This document shows, piece by piece, positions 49,044-59,167 of a stretch of 64,000 bases of DNA (position 1 is its first letter; each line of letters opens with the position of its first letter). The position numbers and the translations under genes are program-made. The notes beneath the pieces were generated by a model, which saw nothing but the letters and a program-made list of their open reading frames with translations, was not told where the DNA came from and did not search any database. The stretch is from Candidatus Parcubacteria bacterium (lineage in GTDB: Bacteria; Patescibacteriota; Patescibacteriia; CAIXNZ01), in the NCBI GenBank assembly GCA_026395685.1, contig JAPLYG010000001.1, forward strand, positions 7,862-71,861. Reading direction: 5' to 3'.

Positions 49044-49283
49044 TTTGATTTTTAAAGGGATTCGTGGAAACGCGGGTCCCTTTTTCTAATTGTCAAAAAG
49101 GTTAGGGTTAGGATGTTGATAGGTGTAAAGTGCTTGGGTTAGGTGACCTTGCCCTGCCTGCCAATAGGAAGTAGACAGGCTAAACACTCCACTCTTAATA
49201 TCGTCTTTACCATTACACCTAACTCTTGTTTGACAAAATATAGATTTTATTATAATTTCAAGCTAGAAAAGAAGGGTCAAAAC

Positions 49284-49808
49284 ATGGAGATTAATGAAAG
49301 TCTAGCTAAGCAGATTCAGGCAAGAACTCGTGAATTTCAGAAAAAACGTCTCTGGAAGAAATCCACGGCCATTGCAAAGACATTTGGCAGAAAAGATGTC
49401 CGTGAAGCCAGCGATCATACGACTGTTACGTATGATTTTAATCAGAATCGATGCTGTGGTTTTTTCAGGGTCTACCTGTCAAATTTTGTTTACGGCGGAT
49501 ACTATGTGAATGTAGAAATCGCGGGCAAAACGGTTTTGTCCGCCCAGGAAACATTCGCTGATTCTGAAGACGCCAAACATTTTCCTTTCCAGATCTGCAA
49601 GTATGGGAGCAGTTTGCTCTTTGTTAAGATTTACATCCCGGGCGATTGGGAAAAACTTATGGATATGAAGTTTATGCGCAAGGAAGTAAAAGCCCTGGAA
49701 GCTGCAGAACAGGGCAGGCTTAAAGAACATGACGAAACAGCGGAAAAATCAAGACCCCTTACCAGGGAGGAACAAGAATTAGCCGCGAATTTCGGCATCA
49801 AAGGCTAA
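49284..49808 (+). CDS. Hypothetical protein (start at ATG 49284 preferred over the extended ORF start 49143)
   Basis: A repeat element and a TTGACA/TATAAT promoter occupy 49150-49260. No known motif. Confidence 0.4.
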   Translation: MEINESLAKQIQARTREFQKKRLWKKSTAIAKTFGRKDVREASDHTTVTYDFNQNRCCGFFRVYLSNFVYGGYYVNVEIAGKTVLSAQETFADSEDAKHFPFQICKYGSSLLFVKIYIPGDWEKLMDMKFMRKEVKALEAAEQGRLKEHDETAEKSRPLTREEQELAANFGIKG

Positions 49809-49815
49809 AAATTAT

Positions 49816-49844
49816 GCCCGCATCTTCGGATGCGGGTTTTTTTA
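49816..49844 (+). terminator. Rho-independent terminator
   Basis: 'GCCCGCATCTTCGGATGCGGG' followed by 'TTTTTTT'. Confidence 0.8.
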
Positions 49845-50054
49845 TTTGTTGTTAGTGAATCGGTATCGATAATCGTTTCGTTTATCGTTAATCGTTTGAC
49901 GTGACGTATATAGTACAACGTTCAACGTAACCTGCCTGTCGGCAGACAGGCTAAACACTCCACTCTTACCAGCATCATTACCATTACACCTTGCCTTTAA
50001 ATAAAAATACCCTCGTGTTCCGAAGGTATTTTTAAGTAATTTGGCTGTCTGAGT

Positions 50055-50372
50055 TTACCATGACAATACGCTAAGAATTAATTTTTTCCAGCTGGGTTTT
50101 CTTTTATAGCGTTTAAATTTGCGTTCTGCTTTTTCAATAAGCTGGAAATAGTAAGTAGAACTCATTGTCCCCAAAACACAGCCCAGAGCATATGCCAGAA
50201 TAATACTCCAATTAGTAATGTCTGAAATGATGGCTTCAATAATATAGTACCAGACAATAATTTCAATCAGAGTAATTGCGCCGCTGGCCCAGACTTGGCT
50301 TTTATTGACCACCTTGGTCCAGATAGTGCAAATTATCATTTCAGCCAGGCCGATTAGAAAAAAGGAAATCAT
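50055..50372 (-). CDS. Small membrane protein (hypothetical)
   Basis: Three hydrophobic helices. Basic C-terminus 'KFKRYKRKPSWKK'. Confidence 0.35.
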   Translation of the reverse strand: MISFFLIGLAEMIICTIWTKVVNKSQVWASGAITLIEIIVWYYIIEAIISDITNWSIILAYALGCVLGTMSSTYYFQLIEKAERKFKRYKRKPSWKKLILSVLSW

Positions 50373-50622
50373 AGGTGTGGGGGATTAAAAATTAGATTAA
50401 ATATTATAGCCAGAATCTATAATCGTAAAAGCTAACTATTTTGATATTATGAGATTTTGGCTAAGGTCCGACCTTTGGTAAGAGCAATTTAAGGCGCTTT
50501 TGTGTGTTGCCTATTTTAGCAAATTTCAGGTAATGTGTCAAAAGTATCTTGTCAGGAGCGTCTGACATTCTTTAGCTAAAAAAGGCAGCTTAGTGAGCCG
50601 CCTTTTTTGCTGTAAATTTATA

Positions 50623-53600
50623 TTAGCGCGGTATATTTACATTGCCTTTTAGCCTGATTCTAGCAATAACGCCTCTGCCATTATTTTTTTCATCTTTTTC
50701 TAAAATTAATTCCCAATTTTTGCGGGCTTCAGGCGTTTCAGCATTAAAAAAGAGGGTTGGTATTTTGCTGTTGGGCACAAAAATTTTATACCAGGATACT
50801 TTGACTTCAGCTCCTGCATCTAAAATAGATATATCCTCAATTGGGAAAGAATTAAGGTTAAGCCTGTTTAAAAGGATCAGCGCATTTTCATTAAAATATT
50901 CCCCATTCCTAACGATTTGCCTGTTGGGAGGAAGTTGTCCGGCCAGAATTCTTTTGACATAATTATTATCGCCATAGTCAATTTTCTCGTTGGCCCCAAT
51001 AAGATTTTTCATAAAGGTTTGATCATTCAGCAGGTTTTTAGTAAATGCTTCAACGTCAGAATCAACCAGAGTTAGAATCTCCAGGACTACAGGAGTAAAT
51101 TCATTCAGCTTTGCTTCTAGAATCTGCTTAACCTCTTGAGGATGATTTTTGACATGATGCTGTAAAAATTTGCCTGTCAAAGGAAAATAAATTTGGGCAA
51201 ATTCTTTGGCTTCTTCAAAATTTTCAGCTTCTCCTAACTTTTCAAATACTTCACTATTAAGAAAATGATTTATATGGTTCTCAAGCTCATTTTTAAAGAT
51301 GCCTGCCAACTCAGTTAAAAATGTAATTTCTTTGGCAGAAAGCGATTTGTCCCTGATAACTTCTGCCAATTGGCCTTCTCTTTTCTTGAGATTTTTCAGC
51401 TTGTTCCTGATTATTTCCAGCTGTTTTTCTAGCGGAAGATTGCGCAGCCACGGACTGGCAATATTGAAATTTCTATTGGCTAAGGCAATTATAAATTCCT
51501 GATCTTTTCCCAAATCTGTACCTTTTGAAATCAAATCTTTGATCTCATCTTGTTTTTTTAATATTTCATCAATTTGCCTCAGGTCTTTTAGTGAGTTTAA
51601 TTCAGTAAAGATCAGCCTTTTTTGTTTTGTCGCTTCCACTAAGGGCAAGCCAAAATTAGGATTTTTTTCCACCAATTTCTCAAAAAATTGTAAGTTGTCA
51701 GGATTTTGCAGCCAGCTGGAATTGTAATTTAGGAGTTTTTCTAGCTGGCTTGTTTTGTCAAAATTTTCCTTTATAATTTCACGCAGTTCTGCCTGGCTGT
51801 TAGCATCGTCAAACAGCATATTGATATAAACAATTGCAGAATCAAAGTCTTTTTTTGCCATTTTTCTGACTTCGGCAGCATCTTCAAGAATAATTCCTTT
51901 TACGTTTTCCATAATTAACCTGGAATTGGTGCCACGTCCGGCTAACGCTTCCTTGAGAAACCTTTTTTGATCTTCCGGCGTTAAATATTTTAGATATTTC
52001 AACGCCAATGAGAAGCTAAGGTCTGCCAATTTGTTCATTATTTCAAGGTCGTCACAAATCTTTGGATTGCTTTTTAGAAAAGATTCAAGATCAAGCATCT
52101 CCGGGTGGATAAGGTATTCTTTAACAGATAAAATTATTTTCTTCTGGATTTCTTTATCTTTAGTTATTCCCAGGGCTAAGGCAAAATGATGATAAGCAAT
52201 TTCTCCAATGATATTCCTATTACTTAAATACTCTGGCTTAATTTCTAAAATTTTCTTTATATCACTTTCAGACAAATCTTGTATTTTTTTTATAATAATG
52301 TCCTCTAAGTTTGTAGCGCCGATTTGTGCTGGTAAGTCTTTCAGATAGGGAATTAAAAGAGAAAAATTATATCTTCTTACAGCTTGCAATAGTTGCTGAT
52401 CAGCAAGCAGTTCTTTGTTTCTGGCAATAAGGTCATTAAAAATTTCAATAGAAGCGGTAGAAGCAGTGCCGAATTTAATGTAGGTTATAACAACTTCCCT
52501 TTTTTCCTCATCAGTCAACTGCGGCAGCAACAGATCTTTATAGTAACTTATTTTTTCCTTAAGTGATGTCTTAATTTGGGGGACATCCAGCAAGTCAGGC
52601 CTTGCTTTTAAAAATTGTTCGATTTTATAAACATAATTATCTCCTCCGCTGACTGGTACGCCGTGATGAAATAATATTTTTTCCATAATAGCAATCTGGG
52701 TTTCTTCATCAACCTTGTCTGCAAATTTAAAAAATATTTCCGGGTTTTTTTCAGCAATTAATCGGCCGAAAGCTTCATTCTTTAAAAAATTCGGATATTG
52801 ACTTAAAATTTCGTCTAACTTATTGATTCTTTCCGGACTTTTAAAATTTATATTGGCAGCTTTTTCAAGATAATGTAATATCCTTTGCTTTTTTTGGTTT
52901 TCATCAGATAAAAGACTGGGATCAACTTCTATAATAGCTTTCAAGGCAAAAAAGTTTTTATCAATAAGCTCTGTCAGAAATCCCTGCTCTGCTCCCAATT
53001 TTGTTACTTTTGCTAAAGTCGTGAGAATTCTTGGAAGCGCATACTCTGATTTACAATTTAGAGCTAAAAATTTTAATAATTCTTTACCGCTCACGGTATA
53101 TTGCCGGGATATCAAGGCGTTAATAATGTCTACTTTGCCGGTCAGCAATTTTTTTATTTCCTCGCCATCTGTCAGCTCACGACAAATTGACAGAATAATA
53201 TGATCATAGGCTATTCTGGCAAAAGTATGCTTTTTTGTCGTGTCTTTTCTTTTTTTACCTATTCTATATACTTCCCATTCTTCCCAGTCATTATTGGAGC
53301 TCCTTTTATACTGAAGAAGTAAAATCAGTATTTTAGGCTTGGAAAGGTTATGTGTCTTGGAAATTTGTTTAATCAGCTTGTCTAAATTATCCGTATCAAA
53401 CTGATCAACGCCTGGTTTGCTGACTTTGTTTACCAGTTCTTCGTATTGTTCTCCGACCATTTTTCTCAGCAGTTTATCTTGTTTTTCCTGATCCATCTTT
53501 TCCCCCAGAATTTCTGTTCTAAAGCGAAAAATTCGATGAACAAAGCCCGGATCCGAAGTTATTGTATCTGAAAGTTTTACGAAAAGATCATTTAATTTAC

Positions 53601-56247
53601 TTTTGTGCACCCCAATTAATTTTATTACCTGTTCGTCTTGGCTATTGGCATCAAGAAAATAAAACAGACTTATAATAAACTCACGATCGTGTGATTTTTC
53701 AGCGACAGAAATCGCCTGCTCAAGGTTATTAATCTTTTCCTGCTTAAATTTTGTGGTTAGGCTAAAAAGCTGTAAAATTTCAGGTAGATTTAATTTATCT
53801 TCTTCAGGGTTATTTTTACTTAAATTGAAATAGTAACTGCTTAGTTTTTTTGGCGCATATCGCAAGACAATGGGTAAATCAAGCTTGGGCGTGGTTGGCA
53901 ACAGGCTCAAAACCTCAAGTAACTTATCCTGATTGGTTTTTATATCCTGAGTCAGCTTTTTTATATAATTCTCAATAGTTTCTTTAATTTCCGCTCCGAT
54001 TTTTATTTGGCTGAATAATTTTGCCTTTTCTTCAGTTGCAATATCCAGGATTAGCAAATTTTCCGCATAATTGGTAAAGTTTGCCAGCACTTTTTTGCGC
54101 ATAAATTCCTGCACCTCGGGATTTTTATGCTTTAGCAAGCTTATGGGAAAGTTTAATTTTGTGGTTTCCGGCAGAGAAGTTAAAATATCCAAAACCAGGG
54201 GCGCAAAGGCGGCTAATTTTTCAGAATTTCGTTCTTTAAAAAATTCTTTATAAATATTTTGGGCAACCTCTACGCTGACATTGCCCTTGAGTTTAAGCAG
54301 GCAATATTGCAGATTTTTGGGGTCAAGGCCTTTATTCAAAAAGCCAATTGGATTTTGGGCCACGTATTCCATGTATCTTTGATCCAGTCCGCCTTCTTTT
54401 TCTGCTGATTTTTTCACTTCTTTTATTACCTGAGTCGGAGTAATTTTTTCTTTGATTTGAAAAACAGTTATGTTGTTTAAGTCTGCGGCTAATTTTTCCA
54501 AATTAACTTTTTTGTCGATTTTTGCCAGGAAATATTTCAAGCGTCCCAGTTTGGTAAGGGCACGTTGGCGATGGGATTCTCCCAGTTTTTCTTCGATTTG
54601 ATTTTGGGTGTCCTTATCAAGTGTCGGGATGGCGCTTTTTTCCAGGACGCTGATATTATTTTTTGCCAAGACATTATAAAATTCCGAAGTAAAAGGCTGA
54701 TTGGTGGAAAAACGTAAAAGTCCGCCTGTTTTGGCCATGCGTACCATGTCAACAAGCATATTTTTTACATCATTTTCTGATGACGGCCCCTTAAGATTAT
54801 CAAAAGAAGAGCATTCTACCAGATCAATGCAATTATCGGCAATCGGCGTATGCTTCATATCCGCCAGAATATCATGGCCTTGATTTTTTATGTCTTGAGG
54901 CAAGGTTTCGCGACTGTTGGCCAGCATGTCAAGGCTGTAATCTGCTGAAATAATATGTTCCGGCATTTTATAATCAGGAAAGCGTTTGGCAATATCATAA
55001 TGGGCTCTTAATTCTTCATGAGGTCCGGAAGCAACAGAAAGAATTACCTGGGGAAGATTCTTTATTAATCCTTTTTTATATTTGCTGATTAAATCTAAAA
55101 CAGCTGCCCGATGTTCCAAATATTGGGGAAAATAATCCATATATTTGACATACAGCTTGGTAATTTCATTGGTCCATTTCCCTGTTTTGGTAGCATTGGA
55201 AATCAGCCAGAATTTTTGCTGCAGTTCATTGGGGACAATTGATTTTTCAGTGGTTTTAATTCTTTTAAAATTCAATAATTCAGGATTGGGATCTGCTATT
55301 TCTTTAAATTTAATGCCCTCCGCATCTAAAAAGGGGAAAATATTATGAAGCGGTATCATTTCAGCCGGGGTGTCATTTAAGACTTCGACAATTTTGCTTT
55401 GCTCTCGGGAGATCGCTCCGGAAAAAAATTCATTCAATTCTCGCTTGCCCAGTTCCTCAAATTTTTGCAGTTCCTTAAAGGTTGAAGCCTGTTTCAATTG
55501 CTTGAAGCGTAAATCTTCAATCTCAAAATCAGCAATGTTCAAGTCGGGATATTCTTTGCGCAAAATTTTCCAGACTGTTTCTTTTACTTCGTCGGCTAAT
55601 ATTTTTTTTATAAAATAAGCAATAATGTCAGATTTCTTTTCAGCCAAGACGCTGTCTTTGGGCAACCCTTTCTCCAATTTATATTGTTCTTCTAGGGATT
55701 TATTTTTTTCCAGGTTTTCTTTGATTTTTTCAAAGGTATAAAGAATCGCGCCGGTAATTTTCGGGCTGAGGTTTATATTATTGGGCAAACCATTAATTTT
55801 AAGCGCCACTCCCATCGGCATGATGGAAAATTCAGAAGCTGATTTTAAGTAGGTTTCCATAATCGGCAGATTGCCAAAAGGCAAGCGAGCTTCAATGACT
55901 GTTTTTTGCAGTCTTTCCTTTGAGGTAAGCTCTTCGCTTGACACTTCTTGTCCCAGATTAATTTCTTCGGATGTTTGTAATTTTTCTTTAATCAGAGATT
56001 TCATCTCCGCAGTCAGGTCAAGCTGCAGCATAACAGCCCAAAAGCGGCGTCTGATTTCCAGGCCGGAATTGCTAATCTTTTTTATATATTCGACAAAATT
56101 GGCAGTTTCTGTTTGTTTGTTTTCAGTGCTAAGTAAAATTAAAATTTCTTGGGCAATTGAATCTTTAAATTTTTCAGTGCCAAGTAGGTCTTTAAGCAGT
56201 TGTTGCGGAGATTTTTTAAGCTGTTCTTTCAGAGAAAAATTTAACAT
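50623..56247 (-). CDS. Giant (1874 aa) largely alpha-helical hypothetical protein with an embedded class-I SAM-MTase-like segment
   Basis: Uninterrupted 5.6-kb ORF. 'VILSVASGPHEE' and 'ADMKHTPIADNCIDLVECSSFDNL' resemble MTase motifs I and II/III. No TM segments. Terminator hairpin 'GGCAGCTTAGTGAGCCGCC' lies downstream at 50587-50620. Confidence 0.55.
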   Translation of the reverse strand: MLNFSLKEQLKKSPQQLLKDLLGTEKFKDSIAQEILILLSTENKQTETANFVEYIKKISNSGLEIRRRFWAVMLQLDLTAEMKSLIKEKLQTSEEINLGQEVSSEELTSKERLQKTVIEARLPFGNLPIMETYLKSASEFSIMPMGVALKINGLPNNINLSPKITGAILYTFEKIKENLEKNKSLEEQYKLEKGLPKDSVLAEKKSDIIAYFIKKILADEVKETVWKILRKEYPDLNIADFEIEDLRFKQLKQASTFKELQKFEELGKRELNEFFSGAISREQSKIVEVLNDTPAEMIPLHNIFPFLDAEGIKFKEIADPNPELLNFKRIKTTEKSIVPNELQQKFWLISNATKTGKWTNEITKLYVKYMDYFPQYLEHRAAVLDLISKYKKGLIKNLPQVILSVASGPHEELRAHYDIAKRFPDYKMPEHIISADYSLDMLANSRETLPQDIKNQGHDILADMKHTPIADNCIDLVECSSFDNLKGPSSENDVKNMLVDMVRMAKTGGLLRFSTNQPFTSEFYNVLAKNNISVLEKSAIPTLDKDTQNQIEEKLGESHRQRALTKLGRLKYFLAKIDKKVNLEKLAADLNNITVFQIKEKITPTQVIKEVKKSAEKEGGLDQRYMEYVAQNPIGFLNKGLDPKNLQYCLLKLKGNVSVEVAQNIYKEFFKERNSEKLAAFAPLVLDILTSLPETTKLNFPISLLKHKNPEVQEFMRKKVLANFTNYAENLLILDIATEEKAKLFSQIKIGAEIKETIENYIKKLTQDIKTNQDKLLEVLSLLPTTPKLDLPIVLRYAPKKLSSYYFNLSKNNPEEDKLNLPEILQLFSLTTKFKQEKINNLEQAISVAEKSHDREFIISLFYFLDANSQDEQVIKLIGVHKSKLNDLFVKLSDTITSDPGFVHRIFRFRTEILGEKMDQEKQDKLLRKMVGEQYEELVNKVSKPGVDQFDTDNLDKLIKQISKTHNLSKPKILILLLQYKRSSNNDWEEWEVYRIGKKRKDTTKKHTFARIAYDHIILSICRELTDGEEIKKLLTGKVDIINALISRQYTVSGKELLKFLALNCKSEYALPRILTTLAKVTKLGAEQGFLTELIDKNFFALKAIIEVDPSLLSDENQKKQRILHYLEKAANINFKSPERINKLDEILSQYPNFLKNEAFGRLIAEKNPEIFFKFADKVDEETQIAIMEKILFHHGVPVSGGDNYVYKIEQFLKARPDLLDVPQIKTSLKEKISYYKDLLLPQLTDEEKREVVITYIKFGTASTASIEIFNDLIARNKELLADQQLLQAVRRYNFSLLIPYLKDLPAQIGATNLEDIIIKKIQDLSESDIKKILEIKPEYLSNRNIIGEIAYHHFALALGITKDKEIQKKIILSVKEYLIHPEMLDLESFLKSNPKICDDLEIMNKLADLSFSLALKYLKYLTPEDQKRFLKEALAGRGTNSRLIMENVKGIILEDAAEVRKMAKKDFDSAIVYINMLFDDANSQAELREIIKENFDKTSQLEKLLNYNSSWLQNPDNLQFFEKLVEKNPNFGLPLVEATKQKRLIFTELNSLKDLRQIDEILKKQDEIKDLISKGTDLGKDQEFIIALANRNFNIASPWLRNLPLEKQLEIIRNKLKNLKKREGQLAEVIRDKSLSAKEITFLTELAGIFKNELENHINHFLNSEVFEKLGEAENFEEAKEFAQIYFPLTGKFLQHHVKNHPQEVKQILEAKLNEFTPVVLEILTLVDSDVEAFTKNLLNDQTFMKNLIGANEKIDYGDNNYVKRILAGQLPPNRQIVRNGEYFNENALILLNRLNLNSFPIEDISILDAGAEVKVSWYKIFVPNSKIPTLFFNAETPEARKNWELILEKDEKNNGRGVIARIRLKGNVNIPR

Positions 56248-56315
56248 ATAAAGAGGTTAATATTGATAGAGTAATTATAACACAATTTTAGCTTAAATTT
56301 AATAAATTTTGGGAA

Positions 56316-56360
56316 TAATAAAAGGGCGGTGCTTTTGCCCGCCCCTTGGTTGTCTTTTTT
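56316..56360. terminator. Bidirectional terminator between the giant gene start and the PEPCK stop
   Basis: 'GGGCGGTGCTTTTGCCCGCCC' with an A-run before and a T-run after. Confidence 0.6.
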
Positions 56361-58152
56361 AATTTTTGTTCAGTCGGTTCTTCAAAAGCAAATGCTGCTG
56401 GAAAATTTCAACCGGCACGGTATTGCCCAGTTTTTCCTTGAGGAATTTTTCCCGCTTGTCCATCTCTTCCAGCCAAAGATCTTTATCAATCTTCAGCAGT
56501 TTCTCCATGGTCTCAGGGTCAATGTTCAAGCCAGTCAGATCAAGGTCGTTTGGTCCCGGCATAAAGCCAATCGCTGTTTTTTGCGCTTCAATTTTGTTGT
56601 TGCAACGGCTAATAATCCATTCCAAAACACGCAGGTTATCGCCATAACCTGGCCAGAGGAAATTGCCGTTTTCATCTTTACGGAACCAATTGACATGGAA
56701 AATCTTTGGCGCCGGGTTCAGGCGCTCACCGGTACGCAGCCAATGGCTTAAATAATCAGCCAGGTTGTAGCCGCAGAATGGCAGCATGGCCATGGGGTCA
56801 AACCTTAGATCTCCAATGCCCTGAGTTTGGGCTGCTGTTACCTCAGAAGATGTAGTTGCCCCGATATAGACTCCATGTTCCCAGTTGAAAGCCTCATAAA
56901 CCAGAGGTGTGACTGTAGCGCGGCGACCTCCAAAAATAATCGCCGAGATGGGCACTCCTTGAGGTTGTTCAATCCGTCGGCTGACACTGGGACATTGTGA
57001 TAAGGGTGCAGTGAAGCGGCTGTTGGGATGAGCGCCCAGAATCAGCTTGTTGTCAGCGTCTCGCAATCCCGGGTACCAGGGTAATCCCTGCCAATTAACT
57101 CCGCTTGCCGGAGTTTCGCCATCGCAACCTTCCCACCAGACAGTGTAATCAGGTTTAAGTAAAGTATTGGTAAAGATCGTGTTTTTACCAATTGTTGCCA
57201 TGGCATTGGGATTGCTCTGAGTATTTGTTCCGGGTGCAACACCAAACATGCCTGCTTCAGGGTTGATACCCCAAAGTTGGCCGTCGGTATTCACCCGCAA
57301 CCAGGTGATATCATCGCCAATGGTGAAAATACGGTAACCCTTGGCTTTGAATCCTTCAGGAGGAATCAGCATGGCCAAATTAGTTTTGCCGCAGGCACTG
57401 GGAAAGGCCGCTGCAATGTAAGTGATTTGTCCGCTTGGACTCTCAATGCCCATAAGGAGCATATGTTCAGCCAGCCAGCCCTCTTGTCTGGCTTGGTAAC
57501 TGGCAATGCGTAAAGCCAGGCATTTTTTGCCCAGCAGTGCATTTCCGCCATAACCAGAACCAACGCTCCAGATTTCATTGTCCTGGGGAAAATGAAGAAT
57601 CAGGCGCCGTTCAGGATCAAGCGATGCCAGACCGTGCATGCACCGGGTAAATTCACCCTTGTACCCCAGGGCATCTAAAACAGCTGAACCGGCTCTGGTC
57701 ATGATCATCATGTTGATCACGACATAGAGAGAGTCGGTAATTTGGACTCCAATTTTGGAAAATTGAGAGCCAATTGGTCCCATGGAAAATGGGATCACGT
57801 ACATTACGCGGTTGCGCATGGAGCGTGAAAAGATCCCTGTTGCCCGATCGCGTGCTTCCTGAGGAGACATCCAGTTATTGGTCGGGCCAGCCTGGTACTT
57901 ATCCTGAGTACAGATGAATGTCAGCTGCTCAGTTCGGGCAACATCTCCAGAATTACTGCGATGATAATAGCAGCCAGGATGTTTATCCTGGTTTAGCTTG
58001 ATCAGGTCGCCGTTGCGCAAAGCAAGCTGAATTATTTCTTCTCGTTGTGCATCAGAGCCATCGACAATAACAATGTCTTTAGGCTCGCACATGGCAGCCA
58101 TCTGCCAGATCCATCTGCGCAGACCCTCATGTTTGATCTCATCCAATTTCAT
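56359..58152 (-). CDS. pckG: Phosphoenolpyruvate carboxykinase (GTP)
   Basis: About 600 aa. N-terminal 'WIWQMAAMCEPKDIVIVDGSD'. Kinase-1a 'AAAFPSACGKTNLAM'. 'YGGNALLGKKC'. GC-rich. Confidence 0.9.
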   Translation of the reverse strand: MKLDEIKHEGLRRWIWQMAAMCEPKDIVIVDGSDAQREEIIQLALRNGDLIKLNQDKHPGCYYHRSNSGDVARTEQLTFICTQDKYQAGPTNNWMSPQEARDRATGIFSRSMRNRVMYVIPFSMGPIGSQFSKIGVQITDSLYVVINMMIMTRAGSAVLDALGYKGEFTRCMHGLASLDPERRLILHFPQDNEIWSVGSGYGGNALLGKKCLALRIASYQARQEGWLAEHMLLMGIESPSGQITYIAAAFPSACGKTNLAMLIPPEGFKAKGYRIFTIGDDITWLRVNTDGQLWGINPEAGMFGVAPGTNTQSNPNAMATIGKNTIFTNTLLKPDYTVWWEGCDGETPASGVNWQGLPWYPGLRDADNKLILGAHPNSRFTAPLSQCPSVSRRIEQPQGVPISAIIFGGRRATVTPLVYEAFNWEHGVYIGATTSSEVTAAQTQGIGDLRFDPMAMLPFCGYNLADYLSHWLRTGERLNPAPKIFHVNWFRKDENGNFLWPGYGDNLRVLEWIISRCNNKIEAQKTAIGFMPGPNDLDLTGLNIDPETMEKLLKIDKDLWLEEMDKREKFLKEKLGNTVPVEIFQQHLLLKNRLNKN

Positions 58153-58320
58153 AGATTACCTCCTCAAAGAATCAAGAGTTTGTCAGTTTTGGTTAATTAA
58201 AGTTCCCTAGGGAATTTACTATATTTAACTGAAACGCGCAAGCATAAAAATGACTCTGTTTAAAGCAGAGCCATTTTTTTATTTTTTTTGATTAATGTTT
58301 CAAATTGTAGGTAGAAATTT

Positions 58321-58824
58321 TTATTGTGATAATTCAAGCCATTTGTTTTGGTCATTCACCCATTCGACTTTTTTAATTTCCGGAAATTGCATTAAATTGA
58401 CTTCAACAAAGGGTTTCCAATAGCAGAGGAATATAGATACGCCGGCCCAGCCATCAATCGGCTGAATATAGGCAGTATCGCCGACAATTTTTAAATATTT
58501 TTCGTCAATATTGTTATAAATTGAAAATTCCGAGTTATTGGCTGCTGCTGCCAGTGTTTCAATTATCAATTGGTTCGGCGATAAATTTCCTTTGTCAATT
58601 TTAACCTGATTTTTTTGGGTAATGGTTTTTCTAAAGCCCTCGCTGTCCATATCCGCACCATTGCAGTATTTATTGGGATCTTCTGCTGATAAAAGGATTG
58701 AAACTTCTGTTGAGGTTGCCTGGGGAGCAATATTTTGCGTTTGCTTGGCTTTGAAAAAATTACAGCCGGAAACAGCCGTAGTTAAAAGGATAGCCAAGAG
58801 CAGGGAGAATATTAATTTCTTCAT
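58321..58824 (-). CDS. Lipoprotein (hypothetical)
   Basis: Signal peptide with lipobox 'AVSGC'. Confidence 0.5.
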   Translation of the reverse strand: MKKLIFSLLLAILLTTAVSGCNFFKAKQTQNIAPQATSTEVSILLSAEDPNKYCNGADMDSEGFRKTITQKNQVKIDKGNLSPNQLIIETLAAAANNSEFSIYNNIDEKYLKIVGDTAYIQPIDGWAGVSIFLCYWKPFVEVNLMQFPEIKKVEWVNDQNKWLELSQ

Positions 58825-58939
58825 AAGTTTAAAGATTAATAATTAGCAGGTACTTGGAATTATAGCAATTATTACAAATAAAGTCTAAACAAAAAATCCC
58901 CCCGCAACGCGGAAGGGATTTTTGCTATGTAAAAAAGTA

Positions 58940-59167
58940 TTAAACTCGTTTTACATTGACTGCACGAGGACCTTTTTCAGAATCCTCCATGTCAAAGGTA
59001 ACTTCGTCGCCTTCTCTCAAATCAGTAAATGTAGCGTCTGAAAGGGCGCTAGAATGAAAGAAAACGTCTTTGCCCTGATTTTCTTCAGTAGCAATAAAGC
59101 CAAAACCTTTGTCGGTAAGTCTCTTTATTTTGCCGTTCATAATTTTTCTTAAGTAATTAATCTGCAA
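58940..59167 (-). CDS. Cold-shock protein (CspA family)
   Basis: 'GKIKRLTDKGFGFIATEE...DVFFHSSAL' (RNP1 and RNP2 motifs). Confidence 0.85.
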   Translation of the reverse strand: MQINYLRKIMNGKIKRLTDKGFGFIATEENQGKDVFFHSSALSDATFTDLREGDEVTFDMEDSEKGPRAVNVKRV

